Origin: Isurus oxyrinchus
Taxonomy: Eukaryota
Length of the DNA stretch: 64,000 nucleotides
Assembly: GCA_026770705.1 (NCBI GenBank)
Contig: JANJGN010000006.1
Location: forward strand, 148,800,001-148,864,000
Direction: 5' to 3'
This document shows, one piece after another, positions 62,512-64,000 of this stretch (position 1 is the stretch's first letter; each line of letters opens with the position of its first letter). The notes below the pieces were generated by a model. It saw only the letters and a list, made by a program, of their open reading frames with translations. It ran no database searches and was not told the DNA's origin. The translations under genes were made by a program, and so were the position numbers.

Positions 62512-62860
62512 TTATTCGTTCATGGGATGTGGGCATCGCTGGCTAGGCCAGCGTTTAAAGCCAACCCCTAATTGCCCTTACTCAGGGGACATTTACATGT
62601 CAACCAGGTTGGTGTGGGCCTGAGTCACATGTAGGCCAGACCAGGTAAAGGCAGCAGATTTTCTTCTCTAAAGGACATTAGTGAACCAGATGGGTTTTTA
62701 CGACAATCGGCAATAACTTTGTTGTCACCATCAGACTTTTAATATCAGATTTTTATTGAATTCAAATTCCACCATCTGCCGTGGTGGGATTCGAACCTGG
62801 GTCCCCAAAGCATTACCCTGGGTCTCAGGAATACTAGTCCAGTGACAATACGACCTCCCC
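62512..62860 (-). mobile_element. tRNA-derived SINE
   Basis: Minus strand carries a Pol III B-box GGTTCGAATCC (plus strand ggattcgaacc, ~62788-62798) in a tRNA-like head, and a LINE-derived 3' tail matching 28385-28437. Confidence 0.8.
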
Positions 62861-63009
62861 CATGCAGGTCAACTAAATCATGACATGATGTAAGCCTTAT
62901 TTAACACATTTCTGACTGATTTGCTACAAATTTATGGAAATCTTTTAGCCATAAAAGACCGGTATCAAAAGATAATTCAGCAGCAATAACAAATGAATGG
63001 CGGAACACT

Positions 63010-63362
63010 TCAGAGGCTTGAGTTCAAAAATCTAGGCCGATATTTCAGCACAGTACAAAGGGAATGCTCAAGGAACCAGAATTAAAGGAGCACCAATATC
63101 TCGGAGGGTTGTAAGGCTTGAGGAGATTACAGAGATAGAGAGGGGCATTGTTGGTGCCGCAGTCTTTCAGCTGAGGTGTTGAGTCATAGTTCCATCTAAT
63201 CTCTCAAATGGATGGCCCAAGGTTTTGCTGTGTGCGAACTAGCTTCTGTGAATCCTACATTACAGCCATGGCTATACTTTAAAAGTACCTCATTGGGTTT
63301 AAATAGTTTTCAGACAAGTTGAGATTGTGAAAGGTGCTGTAATTGCAAGTTATTTTCTTTTT
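63010..63362 (+). mobile_element. Deu-domain SINE copy (decayed, with short L2 fragment inside)
   Basis: cagaggcttgag..tctaggccga..cagtacaaagggaatgct..cctacattacagcc..gtgaaaggtgctgtaattgcaagt. Confidence 0.6.
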
Positions 63363-64000
63363 GTTTGGTATCAAAAGGGAGACAAATTAATGCATGCCAG
63401 CTGCAGTAGAATATTTTAACATAAAAGGCCAGCTGAGATTTTAATATTTATAAGATTTTTAATTTTAAAACAATTTTGCTAATACTTTTTTCTTTAGAAC
63501 CCCTTTTGCTAATACTTATTTCTCCCACCCCCACCTCTCTTCAAAGTGTTGATTGATTTGCTGCTCTTTTATTCCACAGGCACCAGTAACCCTCCAGTAC
63601 CTAATTTAGTCAATACTCCTGTGAGTGCAGGTGGGCTGTTTGACTACAAGGAGCATCACAGCTGAGCCTGATCCTGTCAGTTACAATCTCTCCACAATTT
63701 CCTCTATATCTTAGTGTAGTAATCTGATGTGTAATATACCTTTAAGACAAATGTTGTAATGTAACATCACATGATCTTCATACCCAATAGCAGAGTAGCG
63801 TGGGCTACCTCTGTAGTCAGTAGACTTGAGTTAAAGTTTGAAGAGTAAAGATGAGAGTTTTGAGTTGTAAGCACACAAGTGTAGCTGCTGAGTTCCTTTT
63901 GTAAATAAACAGAATGCGTTTCTTCTAAGATTGCTTTACAGATCTTCTCTGTCTTGGTACCAACTCGGTCACCCTGAAACAAGCATGCAACTTGGATCCT

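Noticed and set aside
62770-62860. tRNA gene (B-box GGTTCGAATCC)
   Set aside because: No complete cloverleaf; it continues into a SINE body and LINE-derived tail.
49756-64000. LIN28B exons 3-4 (SKLFMEGFRSL.., CCHC zinc knuckles)
   Set aside because: Not found by eye or in the ORF track; presumably downstream of the window.

Overview
Vertebrate genomic DNA, most likely from a shark or other cartilaginous fish. This is inferred from the repeats: CR1, L2 and RTE LINEs, Deu-type and tRNA-derived SINEs, Penelope-derived short repeats, and long G/C homopolymers. The only recognisable host gene is the 5' part of LIN28B on the + strand. Its 10-nt first coding exon (ATG GCC GAA G) is at 48719-48728 and exon 2 (49574-49755) encodes the N-terminal half of the cold-shock domain; the remaining exons lie beyond the window. 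The ~48 kb upstream holds four CpG-rich domains, candidate regulatory elements and many decayed retroelements. The most notable observations are: (1) a 41-codon uORF ending 4 nt before the LIN28B ATG, apparently conserved at peptide level with human; (2) a candidate distal alternative N-terminal exon ~31 kb upstream of exon 2 and phase-compatible with it; (3) minimal hammerhead-ribozyme cores in Penelope-derived repeats; (4) a long inverted repeat with ~220-bp arms next to an orphan CpG island; (5) very ancient CR1 reverse-transcriptase relics inside the broad CpG-rich promoter domain. Comparisons with human sequences and repeat consensuses are from memory and need database confirmation. Repeat boundaries are approximate.
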